From Schizosaccharomyces osmophilus (Eukaryota): DNA of 64,000 bases. Location of the stretch: the NCBI RefSeq assembly GCF_027921745.1, contig NC_079238.1, positions 4,464,001 to 4,528,000 on the forward strand, written 5' to 3'. The translations under genes and the position numbers were made by a program. Each line of letters starts with the position of its first letter. The first letter of the stretch is position 1. The notes under the pieces are model-generated. The model was given only the letters and a program-made list of their open reading frames with translations. It ran no database searches and was not told the DNA's origin. Positions 1 to 10,837 of this stretch are shown piece after piece.

Positions 1-1
1 A

Positions 2-1693
2 TTGGTAGGAGAAGTTATTAGAATCCACCAAGACAAATGTACAATTCAGGTTTACGAAGAAACCTCTGGTCTTACTGTCGGTGATCCTGTCCAACGTACT
101 GGAAAGCCTTTGTCTGTTGAATTAGGTCCAGGTCTCGCTGAAACCATTTATGATGGTATCCAGCGTCCATTGAAACAAATTCATGACAAAGCACAAAGTA
201 TCTACATTCCGAGAGGTATCAGTACAGAGGCTTTGGACCGTACTCGTAAGTATGATTTCACACCTAACAAGAAGCTTCGTGTCGGTGATCACGTTTCTGG
301 CGGCGATGTGTTTGGTTCCGTATTTGAAAACTCTCTTTTTAATGATCATAAAATCATGCTTCCACCTAGATCTCGTGGTACAGTAACCTTTATCGCTGAA
401 GCAGGCTCCTATACTGTAGTCGAAAAACTTTTGGAGGTGGAATTCAATGGCAAAAAACAATCTTTTGGTATGTTACAAACCTGGCCCGTTCGTGCTCCCC
501 GTCCCGTTGCTGATAACCTCACGGCCAACCAACCTCTGCTCACCGGTCAACGTGTTCTCGATTCCTTGTTTCCATGTGTTCAAGGTGGTACCACCGCTAT
601 TCCTGGTGCTTTTGGCTGTGGTAAAACTGTAATTTCTCAATCCCTTTCCAAGTATTCCAACTCGGATATGATTGTTTACATTGGTTGTGGTGAACGTGGT
701 AATGAAATGGCCGAGGTTTTGATGGACTTCCCTGCTTTGACCATCGATATCAACGGAACCCCCGAGCCCATTATGAAACGTACTTCTCTCGTTGCGAATA
801 CTTCAAACATGCCTGTAGCTGCTCGTGAAGCTTCCATTTATACTGGTATCACCTTGGCTGAGTATTATCGTGACCAAGGTAAGAACGTTTCAATGATGGC
901 AGATTCCACTTCTCGTTGGGCTGAAGCTCTCCGTGAAATTTCCGGTCGTCTTGCCGAAATGCCTGCTGACTCTGGTTATCCTGCTTATCTTGGTGCTAAG
1001 TTGGCTTCTTTCTATGAACGGGCTGGTCGTGTTCGTTGTTTGGGTAGTCCTGAACGTGAAGGTACTGTGTCGATCGTTGGTGCTGTTTCTCCTCCAGGTG
1101 GTGACTTCTCCGATCCAGTCACTAGTGCTACTTTGGGTATTGTACAAGTCTTCTGGGGTTTGGACAAGAAATTGGCTCAGCGTAAACACTTTCCCTCAAT
1201 TAACACTTCCCTTTCTTATTCCAAGTACGTAAATGCTTTGACTCCCTGGTATGAAGACCGAGTTTCTGGTTTCAACTCGTTACGTGATCAAATTAAACAT
1301 ATTATTCAACAAGAGGATTCGATGCTCGAAATCATCCAATTGGTTGGTAAGTCTGCGCTTTCCGAGAGCGACAAGGTTACTTTAGACATGGCTGGTATTA
1401 TCAAGAACGATTTCCTACAGCAAAACGGTTATTCCGACTATGATCGAAGCTGTCCTCTTTACAAAACTTACCATATGATGAGAAACATGATTTCTTACTA
1501 TGGGAGAGCGAAGGGTACGGTTGAACAAGGCAATGTTCCATGGTCGAAAATCCGTGAAGGCACCTCTGATATTTTCCATGAACTTTCTTCTATGAAGTTT
1601 GAAAATCCTAATGATGGTGAAAAAGAACTTGTTGAACGTTATGAGCAACTTTACAAGAAGATTGATGACAAATTTCAAGCCCTGGCAGAATAA
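2..1693 (+). CDS. vma1: V-type ATPase V1 catalytic subunit A (5'-truncated by window edge)
   Basis: P-loop GAFGCGKT plus [25 protein letters not shown] and [10 protein letters not shown] motifs; stop at 1691-1693; no intein. Confidence 0.98.
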   Translation: MVGEVIRIHQDKCTIQVYEETSGLTVGDPVQRTGKPLSVELGPGLAETIYDGIQRPLKQIHDKAQSIYIPRGISTEALDRTRKYDFTPNKKLRVGDHVSGGDVFGSVFENSLFNDHKIMLPPRSRGTVTFIAEAGSYTVVEKLLEVEFNGKKQSFGMLQTWPVRAPRPVADNLTANQPLLTGQRVLDSLFPCVQGGTTAIPGAFGCGKTVISQSLSKYSNSDMIVYIGCGERGNEMAEVLMDFPALTIDINGTPEPIMKRTSLVANTSNMPVAAREASIYTGITLAEYYRDQGKNVSMMADSTSRWAEALREISGRLAEMPADSGYPAYLGAKLASFYERAGRVRCLGSPEREGTVSIVGAVSPPGGDFSDPVTSATLGIVQVFWGLDKKLAQRKHFPSINTSLSYSKYVNALTPWYEDRVSGFNSLRDQIKHIIQQEDSMLEIIQLVGKSALSESDKVTLDMAGIIKNDFLQQNGYSDYDRSCPLYKTYHMMRNMISYYGRAKGTVEQGNVPWSKIREGTSDIFHELSSMKFENPNDGEKELVERYEQLYKKIDDKFQALAE

Positions 1694-2026
1694 TTTCTTA
1701 ATTTTTGCAATTAAGCATTAGAGTGCGATACTCAGTTAATTTACCAATTTAGTCTTCCATTATGTCTTTAATCAATCTTACAAATATCTAAAGTCTTCTT
1801 TTACTAAAGAATATGCCGACAACTCCATAGAGATTCGATGAATGAATGCAATTTAATTTATAATATAACTTAGACTAGCTTGGTACCATCTTACCAAAAA
1901 AATTGTAAACTAAACCAAAGTAATCCACGTATTAAAACTCGTAATCTTTTAGCATAACCACATATATAAATATCATAACATATAAAAGTAAGTGACTTTT
2001 ATTAAAAACTTAGCATCATGCTAAAT

Positions 2027-3181
2027 TTACCACCTGTCCTCTGCGTCCTGATCAAAAACATCCCAAAAATCACCAGGGCGATCTAGGTCACCATCGGAAA
2101 GAAAGGGAGACTTTTGTTCATGAATGGTGTTCTCAGTTGACGAATGATTTGGACTTTGTTCGTCTTTAAGAATCTCCTGAGCGGATGTATCCTCTGATTG
2201 GTAATCATTTTCTGGAGAAGAGGAACCAAACATAATTGGAAAAGTAAAACCTGCTGCAGGGCTATTAGTACGACTGAAATAGTCGAAATCAATAGTCACA
2301 GCGGACCCAAGCATAACAGCTCTTTCCTCTAAACTCATCTCGCGCGAGCAAACTTGGCTAGTATCACCTTCGGCGGCTTGCAACAGTTGATTGTTTTCAA
2401 CACTACCTAAATTGGCATCTTTTGACGTAAATCGCAAGACGTAATTACCCGTATCTGTAAGGAACTCTCTTGGCAAGCCCATAAAGTTACGATTAACACT
2501 TCCAAGTATTTGGTTGTCAGCGTTACGTAGCAAGAAATCCCAACTTAAGACTCGCTCATCAACAGCAGCAAACTGATCTACTATATTGGATTGGGCTAGG
2601 AATAATTGGTATTTACGACGCCAAGGGTGCCATTTTTGGATAACTTCACCAACTAATGATGGCTGGTCTGATGAGTTATTGAAAGCACTAACATTTAGAC
2701 GGGAATTAATCCATGAAAAAGGTCTTTGCAACTGTAGAACAGGATTGCCATGCACATCCATCACGTCAGCCACGAATGAACGATGTGTATGGAATAGTTG
2801 TCGAGACATACTGGAAAGAAACGAAGCATGTCCCCTTTCCGCTATATATCCAAGATGATGACCTTCATGGTTTAAGATAACATAGCGATTGGCCTGTTCA
2901 TAGCCAAGAAACACGTTCATCATCTCTAACTGTCGTTCAACAATTAGTACGTCCTGGGATAGCAAAGGAGCCGCAGGAGAATCATGGTTTATGACTCCAG
3001 TCTTGCTAACAGCAGCAGGACCACGGGACACCACTCGTGCAGAAGCGTCTATGTACCTGGTTGCTGGCATTTTATGATAAAACCGACATTTCAGAGACCG
3101 TAAGCCAGAGACAACCGGAGGAATACTTTCTTGAAGAAAAGAGTGACTAAGAGAAGAATTTAAAATTGTTAAATTAACCAT
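2027..3181 (-). CDS. Phospholipid scramblase family protein (Aim25-like, SPAC343.06c-like)
   Basis: IVERQLEMMNVFLGYEQANRY, WHPWRRKY and ERAVMLGSAVTIDFDYFSR scramblase motifs. First ATG in the ORF is at 3181; the ORF-track start is a TTG. Confidence 0.9.
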   Translation of the reverse strand: MVNLTILNSSLSHSFLQESIPPVVSGLRSLKCRFYHKMPATRYIDASARVVSRGPAAVSKTGVINHDSPAAPLLSQDVLIVERQLEMMNVFLGYEQANRYVILNHEGHHLGYIAERGHASFLSSMSRQLFHTHRSFVADVMDVHGNPVLQLQRPFSWINSRLNVSAFNNSSDQPSLVGEVIQKWHPWRRKYQLFLAQSNIVDQFAAVDERVLSWDFLLRNADNQILGSVNRNFMGLPREFLTDTGNYVLRFTSKDANLGSVENNQLLQAAEGDTSQVCSREMSLEERAVMLGSAVTIDFDYFSRTNSPAAGFTFPIMFGSSSPENDYQSEDTSAQEILKDEQSPNHSSTENTIHEQKSPFLSDGDLDRPGDFWDVFDQDAEDRW

Positions 3182-3404
3182 AAATAGCAAAGTTCGTCCG
3201 CAATGGGTTTCTGAATGATACTTAGTAAAAGTAGAATTCCCTGGAGGAAGCGAATCCTGAATACAATTACTATTATGAGGTACGGTATTTGAAGATTTAC
3301 AGAGACTTTTAGAAGATGGTACTCTCGAATAAAGATGTACAACACCAAAAGTTAGATAAACGATACGCAAGATAATGAGACATAACGCTTCGTTATCCTG
3401 TATA

Positions 3405-3413
3405 TTTGTTTAC
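3405..3413 (-). promoter_or_regulatory. FLEX-like forkhead (Mei4) site GTAAACAAA upstream of mug28
   Basis: TTTGTTTAC about 45 nt upstream of the mug28 ATG, with a second copy at 3707-3715. The motif also occurs elsewhere in the window, so specificity is limited. Confidence 0.5.
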
Positions 3414-3457
3414 ATTGGATTGAATTCTGCTTTTATCAACCAACCAGTCTCATAGCA

Positions 3458-5354
3458 ATGAAAGAAGGACAGAGAATGCAGAATACAAATAAGATGCAAA
3501 AAAATAGAGATCTATCCATTTACATTGGTAATTTGCCATACGGTTGCCAAGCATTGAATGTTGTCAACCTTTGCAAGCAATACGGTAAGCTTTCTCAAAT
3601 TGAAGTCCCATAAACTAATTTGATCAAAGGAAATGTAACGGAAGCACATGTATTAAGCCGAAAAAAGAAAAAAAACGTCAAGGTCAAGGGTTCAGCATTA
3701 TTTGCATTTGTTTACGTTGAAACACAGACATGTGTAGACGCTATCGTTCAGGCACTACACTGCTCCGTATATGAAGGAAACCGGTTGTGAGTAAAATCAT
3801 AGTTGAGCCGTTGGCATATGCTAATGTCTTGTAGGATCGTTGAAAAGCGTCATCCAGCCAAACCAGCCGTATGTAATCTCACTCAGACGCAAGAGAAAGA
3901 GGATCCAGGCTTAGCGAAACTGGACTTTCAATACAAGGAAGCTTTATGTCTCAAGGAGATACAAATAAAACAAACGGAAGCTCTCTCAGAAAAACACATG
4001 GAACAAGGTAATGGCCAAAGTCAAGACGGTGAACAAGAAATGATAAAAAGAGACGGAGGTGGCACTATTTATTCTAGCATAGAAAGAGAGGCCCGTGAAC
4101 CAAACATAAGCTATGTTTCAAGCAAAAAAAATAATTTATGCTCGCTGCAAATGAGTCCACTCAATATTCCGAACTTCGCACAAGAAAGCTCAGTTGTGCA
4201 GAATGAACAAAAAGCACAACAACTCAACACTGAGCTACCATTTATAAACAACTATCAATTTCTTCCAAGCATACCTTTAGACAAACTGTTTTGTTCCGAA
4301 ACTTCCGAGAACCCAATTCTGGTAATTGGCATACTAAACATCCCAAAACAAACTTCACCTGTAGACCTTTATGAAGACTTCTCTCAATATGGAAAGATTT
4401 TAGGAGCGGCCATCAATCAAACTCCGAATCCAGATCAAACGTTGTATGCCGAACTGGCGGTCAACTCTCATGAAGATTGCTCAAAGGTAAAATGGTTTAC
4501 ATTTTTTTTAATTGCTTTTTGACCACTTCTAACTTTTCCAGATTATCGCTGCCTTTAAAATTTTCTTATACAAAGGAGTACAACTTCAGTTTTTTGTGAA
4601 ACAGCCAACGCAAAGACAGGCACCACCCACAACCGTTCCTTCGACCCAGTCAACGATTGTCCCCATGCCTTTGTTACCATTTGAACCCATTGCTACTATG
4701 GAACCGCCTGTAACAATGATTCCTCCTCCTCCTCCTTTCGTTTCACCTCCTGTTCCAATGCCGACTGCCTTAAACGCAGTTGATAATAATACTCCTCCAG
4801 CTCCCGACCCATGTAATATATTCGTCAAAAACATTGATGATGATGTCGTAGGAAATTCTGAACAGTTTGAGGAATTTTTCTCTCAGTTTGGTCGTGTGAA
4901 ATCATGTGTTTTAGCAAGCTATCCCAATACTGGAATATCTAAGGGACACGGATTCGTTTCCTTCAATCATCCATCCGAAGCGATGCAAGCTATATCATAT
5001 TTAAACAATACATATGTTGGCAAAAAGAGAATATTCGTTAGCTTTGCGGAAAAAAAAGAAGAAAGAAAGAAAAGACTAAATGCTCTATTCAATCAAGAGC
5101 CGTCATTAGCACCACCTGCTCCAACTGCTGTTCAGTTACCAGTTCCATTTGACATATATTCTCAATATATGGCTGCTCCACCACCTCCGCCGGCATCAAT
5201 GGCAAATCCGCCTGTGTTTATGGCCGAAATAGATCAATTACAATCGCATCACACCAACGAAAATGAGTATAATGTGAAGTCGAACTTGAAAGCATCAAAG
5301 AGAAATCCTAAACGATCAAACGCACTTTCATCTTTAACAAATATGGTTAACTGA
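3458..5354 (+). CDS. mug28: Meiotic RNA-binding protein with 3 RRMs; exons 3458-3584, 3630-3786, 3835-4486, 4542-5354
   Basis: The spliced frame is continuous. RNP motifs IYIGNLP/FAFV, LVIGILNIP and NIFVKNID/KGHGFVSF. Donors GTAAGC/GTGAGT/GTAAAA with CTAAY branch points; syntenic position. Confidence 0.85.
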
Positions 5355-5521
5355 AACAAGCACATACTATAGAGCATTTACTCGTTTTATATCTCTATAA
5401 AACATAAACCGACATGAATGACTATTTATTCCTTCAAGGTATTATCTAAAATATTAAACATTTGAGGAGATTGAATACCTATCAATGCTCTGCGTCAAGC
5501 AAAACTATACTTGATGGAATG

Positions 5522-6025
5522 TTAACCAAGATGGTTTAATCTGTTGTGTTAGTGAAACAAAGCATCATTTATATGCTTCAAAGAAAGTAGCATTAACATA
5601 CTTATCGGACTTCTTGAGTAGGCTATAGCGAAGGACCGTTGGCTCCAAACGAAGAATGCGCTGGAGTTCTTGTTGAACAGTGGGGCTCGAATAGAACGAC
5701 ATTGTCCACCAGTATCCAAAGTTGTGCTTGCTATTTAATTTTTTTATGGGCTTGGCAAGCTCCTTAAGCCCCATGGACTCGATATCAACGACTACGCCTT
5801 TGCTATCCAAGATTGTTTTTCCACAATTTCGAGCAACACTAATTGCTGATACCTGTGAAATTGTTAATATCTTAGAAGAAAGTATACTGGTAAACGTAAT
5901 AGGGAAGACCACAAACTTGCTACTAACAAAATTTCACGTAAATCCGCAATTTCACTTACAGGAGCAGACGTGCGAGTAGCATTTACAGCAGGTCTGGTAA
6001 TACAAAATAGTTCATAAAGAACCAT
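5522..6025 (-). CDS. mrp17: Mitochondrial ribosomal protein bS6m; exons 6025-5960, 5852-5602, 5540-5522
   Basis: [11 protein letters not shown] start, [10 protein letters not shown]...LAKPIKK and [11 protein letters not shown]6 signature; GT-AG introns restore the frame. Confidence 0.88.
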
Positions 6026-6450
6026 TATATAATTATTTACTTTGAGTATCCTTGTACGGGTAGTCCCAATAAAGAGTAATATTTGGTGTAGCCAAAGGGT
6101 AGTCGGGGAGTGTACACTGAAGCACAGGAGGTGTACTATAGAATTAATGATTTAAGTTTACCAAGAAGTTGGTTATAAATAATAAACAAAAGCACTTGGG
6201 ATTTGTTATTATGCTTAAAGGCAATTCAGTTTTTGTTGAGTTCTGCCATTCATAGCTACGGCACTGACAGGAGAACTTGACTAATACCAACCACAAACAG
6301 TTCAGTTATTTGAGAAAGAGTAGCTCACCAGTGTATTTATTTTTGTACTACTCTAATATTATTTATAAAAGAGCTTGGCTGTAAAAAGAAATAATTGTGA
6401 TTGTTTATAGAAGTACTTTATTGAGTGTTTAACAGGAACAACGTATAATC

Positions 6451-7650
6451 ATGAATCATGAAGACCTTTTGACTCAATTCTGTAATGAATTTTATGTTGA
6501 AAGCACGCAGGCTCAATTTTTCTTGGAATCTACGAATTGGAACTATGAATTGGCCGCTACGTTGCTAAGGGAGGTCTTGCCTCCTGACCAAGAGGAAGGA
6601 TCTGGAGGTATGGACCGGGGAATTACTCCTGAACCAAATGCCTCAAGGCTGAATTCTTCTTTCCCGAGCGCTTTTGAGAGGCCTAACCCTCCTTCAAATC
6701 CTGCCACACAATCTAAAGGTAAAAATGTTTCTCGAAAGAAGATTGCAACATTAAAAGATCTTCAGGAAGACGAAGATGATCCAGAGGAGAAATCAAATTT
6801 GTTTACTGGTGGAGAGAAAAGTGGACTGTCGGTGCAGGGACCCGATCCCAAAAGACAGCTTGTTCGAGATATCATTGAGAAGGCTCACCAGCATACAGCA
6901 TCTTCTGGCATGGAACACGAAGCATCACCGCCAGCTCCTGAACCCGCCTTCAGTGGATCTGGTCAGCGGTTAGGAACGGAAAATGAACCTGTGGACCCGA
7001 CCATACAATCGGAAGGAGCTGCTGCTCCTCAACCGATCTCATCGCAGCCAAGAAACCAACCAGCGAGTGATCCTGAAACTTCAGTTCGTCGTACTTTATA
7101 TTTCTGGAGAAATGGTTTTAGCGTAGATGACGGACCGCTTTACTCATATGATGATCCAGCAAATCAAGAAACTCTTCGGTTAATCAACAACGGCCGTGCT
7201 CCACTTCACTTACTTGGCGTTACGATGAATCAGCCCATTGATGTAGTGGTGCAGCATCGTCTTGACGAGGATTACCGAGAACCGGTGAAACCCTTTTCTG
7301 GGAAAGGACAGCGCCTTGGAAGTACATATGCACCTCAACACACACAAGTCCCTGGAGCTTTTCATGATCGCGCTTCCTCTCAAAATAGTGAGCCTGCCAA
7401 AAAAATTGAGGTTGACGAAAGTCAGCCCTCTACGAGAATCCAAATCCGTTTGACGAATGGTTCAAGAACCATAATCACCTTGAATTTATCTCATACTGTG
7501 CACGATCTGTACGAAGCTGTGCGTGCTACCTCACCAGGATCATTTATTTTGTGTGTGCCTTTCCCTGCAAAAACTTTGGAGGATGATTCTTCCTTCACCA
7601 TTGAGCAAGCCTCTCTACGAAACGCATCTCTCGTTCAGAAGCAGCAATAA
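6451..7650 (+). CDS. ubx3: Cdc48 cofactor p47/Shp1 (UBA-like, SEP and UBX domains)
   Basis: LFTGGEKSGL, LYFWRNGFSVDDG (SEP), FSGKGQRLG SHP boxes, C-terminal UBX TRIQIRL. Confidence 0.93.
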   Translation: MNHEDLLTQFCNEFYVESTQAQFFLESTNWNYELAATLLREVLPPDQEEGSGGMDRGITPEPNASRLNSSFPSAFERPNPPSNPATQSKGKNVSRKKIATLKDLQEDEDDPEEKSNLFTGGEKSGLSVQGPDPKRQLVRDIIEKAHQHTASSGMEHEASPPAPEPAFSGSGQRLGTENEPVDPTIQSEGAAAPQPISSQPRNQPASDPETSVRRTLYFWRNGFSVDDGPLYSYDDPANQETLRLINNGRAPLHLLGVTMNQPIDVVVQHRLDEDYREPVKPFSGKGQRLGSTYAPQHTQVPGAFHDRASSQNSEPAKKIEVDESQPSTRIQIRLTNGSRTIITLNLSHTVHDLYEAVRATSPGSFILCVPFPAKTLEDDSSFTIEQASLRNASLVQKQQ

Positions 7651-8047
7651 ATGAGAAACAGACAATTGTTGTATTATATATATGCAAATAGATAAAAATA
7701 TGCGTTGGAAAAGAGTTCCTCGATTGAAAGTCCGTTGCTTGTGTAGGAATTATCAATACATCGATGGAACATTCCCTGTACTAGAAATCGATCTTTACCG
7801 ATAGGTTAAACGTAGGTTTCCAATGTCAATTATTCACAATTGCACGATATATCAAGATTTTGACAATGTAAAGGTTTAAAAGTTGGCAAAAAGGAATTAG
7901 TCATCCATTGAAAGGAAATATAATAAAGCTAAATAAAATAATAGAAGGACAAGTCAACGCAAGGCGATATCAACAGTTGATTACTATGTGGATTTCTATC
8001 AAGACATACTACATATAATTTTTTAAGTACACTAGATTATCAAGCAA

Positions 8048-8120
8048 GTCGCGGTGGTGTAGTTGGGAGCATGACAGACTGAAGATCTGTTGGTCACTGG
8101 TTCGATCCCGGTTCGTGACA
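8048..8120 (+). tRNA. tRNA-Phe (GAA), intronless
   Basis: 73-nt cloverleaf: acceptor GTCGCGG/TCGTGAC, anticodon arm ACAGA-CTGAAGA-TCTGT, T-loop TTCGATC. TATA-like element near 8014 and oligo-T Pol III terminator at 8122-8127. Confidence 0.97.
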
Positions 8121-8663
8121 CTTTTTTATTCTCTTTTTTATCAAAATTTTATTTCCATTCTATTTTGACTGTGCTTAGCGACTATATTGGAGTGAAATGA
8201 AAGTTTTGTTTACGTTTCTACCGAGGCTCGCTCTGCGCCCTATGCAAGGATGCATGGAAATATCAAAACATACGCGAAAGCAATTTGAATTTCATCGATT
8301 CACTGGAAAAGCATGACTTTAAAAAACTCTAATTCTACGACAAGTTTCACTTTGCCTTTTGTTTCCTGCATTTGATCCAACTACTTACTCGTTAACTTGG
8401 CTGTTAGCCATAGTCTCAGTTAAGTCAAATTAGACCAAGCTAAGCAAGGAATGCAAGCATTACCTGATGAAAACCAAAGATAAATAAAAAGATCTTTTTA
8501 CAGATTGATTGATTTCGATAGATGTGCTCCAACTCGTTAAATGATTTCGAAGACATGACACTTCGTTCCTTCCAATTACCCTAAGTGCAAGCTTCTAGAA
8601 AGGTGAATTGAAGAATTCTGCTTAACATTATTGAAGAAGAAAGAACATAATAACTTAAAAAAT

Positions 8664-10586
8664 ATGAAAATAGTGGACTTGATTCATGTGCTTCCAAAAG
8701 GAAGTACATATTACTCGTTTGAGTATTTTCCTCCAAAGACGACAGTGGGATTGGAAAACTTGATGAGTCGTATTACAAGAATGTCGAATAACATGCTTCC
8801 TCTATTTTCTAGTGTTACATGGGGAACGGCCGGTAGTACAGCGAACGTTTCTGTGTTGTTGTCGAAATTGCTTGAAAACCAGCACAAAGTACCGGCTTGT
8901 TTGCATTTAACTTGCACAAATGTGGACCGAAAAGTAATTGATGAGGCACTAGAAACAGCCAAGAATGCAGGAATCCGCAACATCTTGGCTTTGCGCGGAG
9001 ACCCACCTTTGAATGGCGATCATTGGGAGGGAAAGTTGAGTGATTTTGAACATGCAGTTGATTTAGTACGCTATATTCGTCAAAAATATGGTGATTATTT
9101 TTGCATTGGCGTCGCAGCATATCCTGAAGGACATGCAGATTCGAATGTTCCGGAATTAACTCGCGATCCCGTTCATGATATTCCTTTCCTTGTTGAAAAG
9201 GTGAAGGCGGGTGCAGACTTTATTATGACCCAAATTTTTTATGAACCTAATGTATTTATTGAATTTGAAAAGACACTGAGAAATCATGAGTCGGGCGTAT
9301 TTCGTGATATTACAATCATTCCTGCCGTTATGCCAATCCAATCTTTTTCCATTCTTAAGAGAATGACTCGTCTCTGTGGCTGCAGTATCCCTGAATCATT
9401 GATGAAACGTTTAGAAGCTGTCAAATCTGACGACGAAGCCGTCAAATCCATAGGTGTTGAGCACGCCGTGGAAATGATAAACATAATTCTACAAAATACA
9501 GACCACCGTGTCCTTGGCTTTCATTTTTGCACTCTCAATTTGGAGAAATCAGTAGCCCGAATCCTCAAGAATAGCTCGTTGTTGACTCATCGTTGGGAAC
9601 AATACGAATCTCAGCTTAAAGACGACAAAACCTTAAAAAGCACCCGTAGGCGTCTTAGTCTGGAAGAAACTCCAGAGCTTCATAATCATGTCGTTATTCC
9701 TCCTGATGATTCGCTAAAAGGAATTTCTGCATCTCTTCGTAATCAACCCAACGAAGCTGCGCTCGCTACCCACAGGGACAGTCTTACAGCCGATGCCCCC
9801 TTCTCCGTTTCTGAAGGAAGTGGTGTTTTGGGAAGACAAGCAAATTGGGATGACTTCCCCAACGGTCGTTTCGGTGATCCTAGGTCTCCAGCTTATGGTG
9901 AGATTGATGGTTATGGTCCTACCTTGCATTTTCCACAACAAGAAGCCCTTCGTCTTTGGGGATATCCCGTGGACGAATCCGACATTACCTCTTTATTCCA
10001 GAGGCACATCAAGAACGACATCCATGCTATTCCATGGATTGATGAAACCGTTGATGACGAAACAAAATTGATCTCGCAACATCTTCTCAACGTCAACGGC
10101 CGTACTTGGTGGACAGTAGGTAGTCAGCCTACTGTTAACGGTGCTCCTTCTACGGACCCTGTTTTTGGTTGGGGTCCAAAAGGCGGAAAAGTTTATCAAA
10201 AGGCATTTATTGAATTTTTTATAAGTTCAAAGGATTTCGAAAGCTTTGTCAAGAAGTGGCATGATAATGAACAAATTACTTATTATGCTGGAAATAAGAA
10301 GGGCGACTTTCTTACCAATGCACCAAATGATGGGGCCAGCGCCGTCACCTGGGGTGTCTATCCAGGAAGAGAAATTATTCAATCTACTATTATCGCTGAA
10401 GTTTCTTTCAAGGCTTGGATGAATGAAGCTTTTGATGTATGGGCTGAATGGGCTTATTTATATCCTAAAAATACAGCAACGAGAAATTTGCTAGACCATT
10501 GTACGAACGACAGATGGCTCGTATCCGTTATACACCATGATTATATGGATAATGACGGTCTTTGGAAGGCGCTTGAAGTAGCTTGA
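8664..10586 (+). CDS. met11: Methylenetetrahydrofolate reductase
   Basis: SFEYFPPKT, NILALRGDPP, GVAAYPEGH, ADFIMTQIFY and WDDFPNGRFGD regulatory domain; first ATG at 8664. Confidence 0.93.
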   Translation: MKIVDLIHVLPKGSTYYSFEYFPPKTTVGLENLMSRITRMSNNMLPLFSSVTWGTAGSTANVSVLLSKLLENQHKVPACLHLTCTNVDRKVIDEALETAKNAGIRNILALRGDPPLNGDHWEGKLSDFEHAVDLVRYIRQKYGDYFCIGVAAYPEGHADSNVPELTRDPVHDIPFLVEKVKAGADFIMTQIFYEPNVFIEFEKTLRNHESGVFRDITIIPAVMPIQSFSILKRMTRLCGCSIPESLMKRLEAVKSDDEAVKSIGVEHAVEMINIILQNTDHRVLGFHFCTLNLEKSVARILKNSSLLTHRWEQYESQLKDDKTLKSTRRRLSLEETPELHNHVVIPPDDSLKGISASLRNQPNEAALATHRDSLTADAPFSVSEGSGVLGRQANWDDFPNGRFGDPRSPAYGEIDGYGPTLHFPQQEALRLWGYPVDESDITSLFQRHIKNDIHAIPWIDETVDDETKLISQHLLNVNGRTWWTVGSQPTVNGAPSTDPVFGWGPKGGKVYQKAFIEFFISSKDFESFVKKWHDNEQITYYAGNKKGDFLTNAPNDGASAVTWGVYPGREIIQSTIIAEVSFKAWMNEAFDVWAEWAYLYPKNTATRNLLDHCTNDRWLVSVIHHDYMDNDGLWKALEVA

Positions 10587-10837
10587 TGCCTCTTTACGGT
10601 TTTTTAGACATTTTGGTTTACGTTCACCATTCTTTCTTTTATTACATACGTGATCGTTTAAAGCTCTTTATATGCATCCTATTTTTTATCTCTTTTTTTA
10701 TAAGCAAATAATGTACACATTAGTATTAAGTTCGTTAGGCTTTAGTCTGTTCTAGCTAAAGTAAATAAAAAGGAATTTCCATCATATACCGTCATAATCA
10801 TAGCAAAGTTGAATCAACATAAACATAAGGTCACACA

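Noticed and set aside
670..710. Possible VDE/PI-SceI intein in vma1
   Set aside because: The insertion site [10 protein letters not shown] is contiguous; there is no intein.
3182..3370. ORF-track N-terminal extensions from TTG/GTG starts (scramblase, met11, tit1, lys2, gda1)
   Set aside because: Eukaryotic genes; the first in-frame ATG gives lengths matching the expected orthologs.
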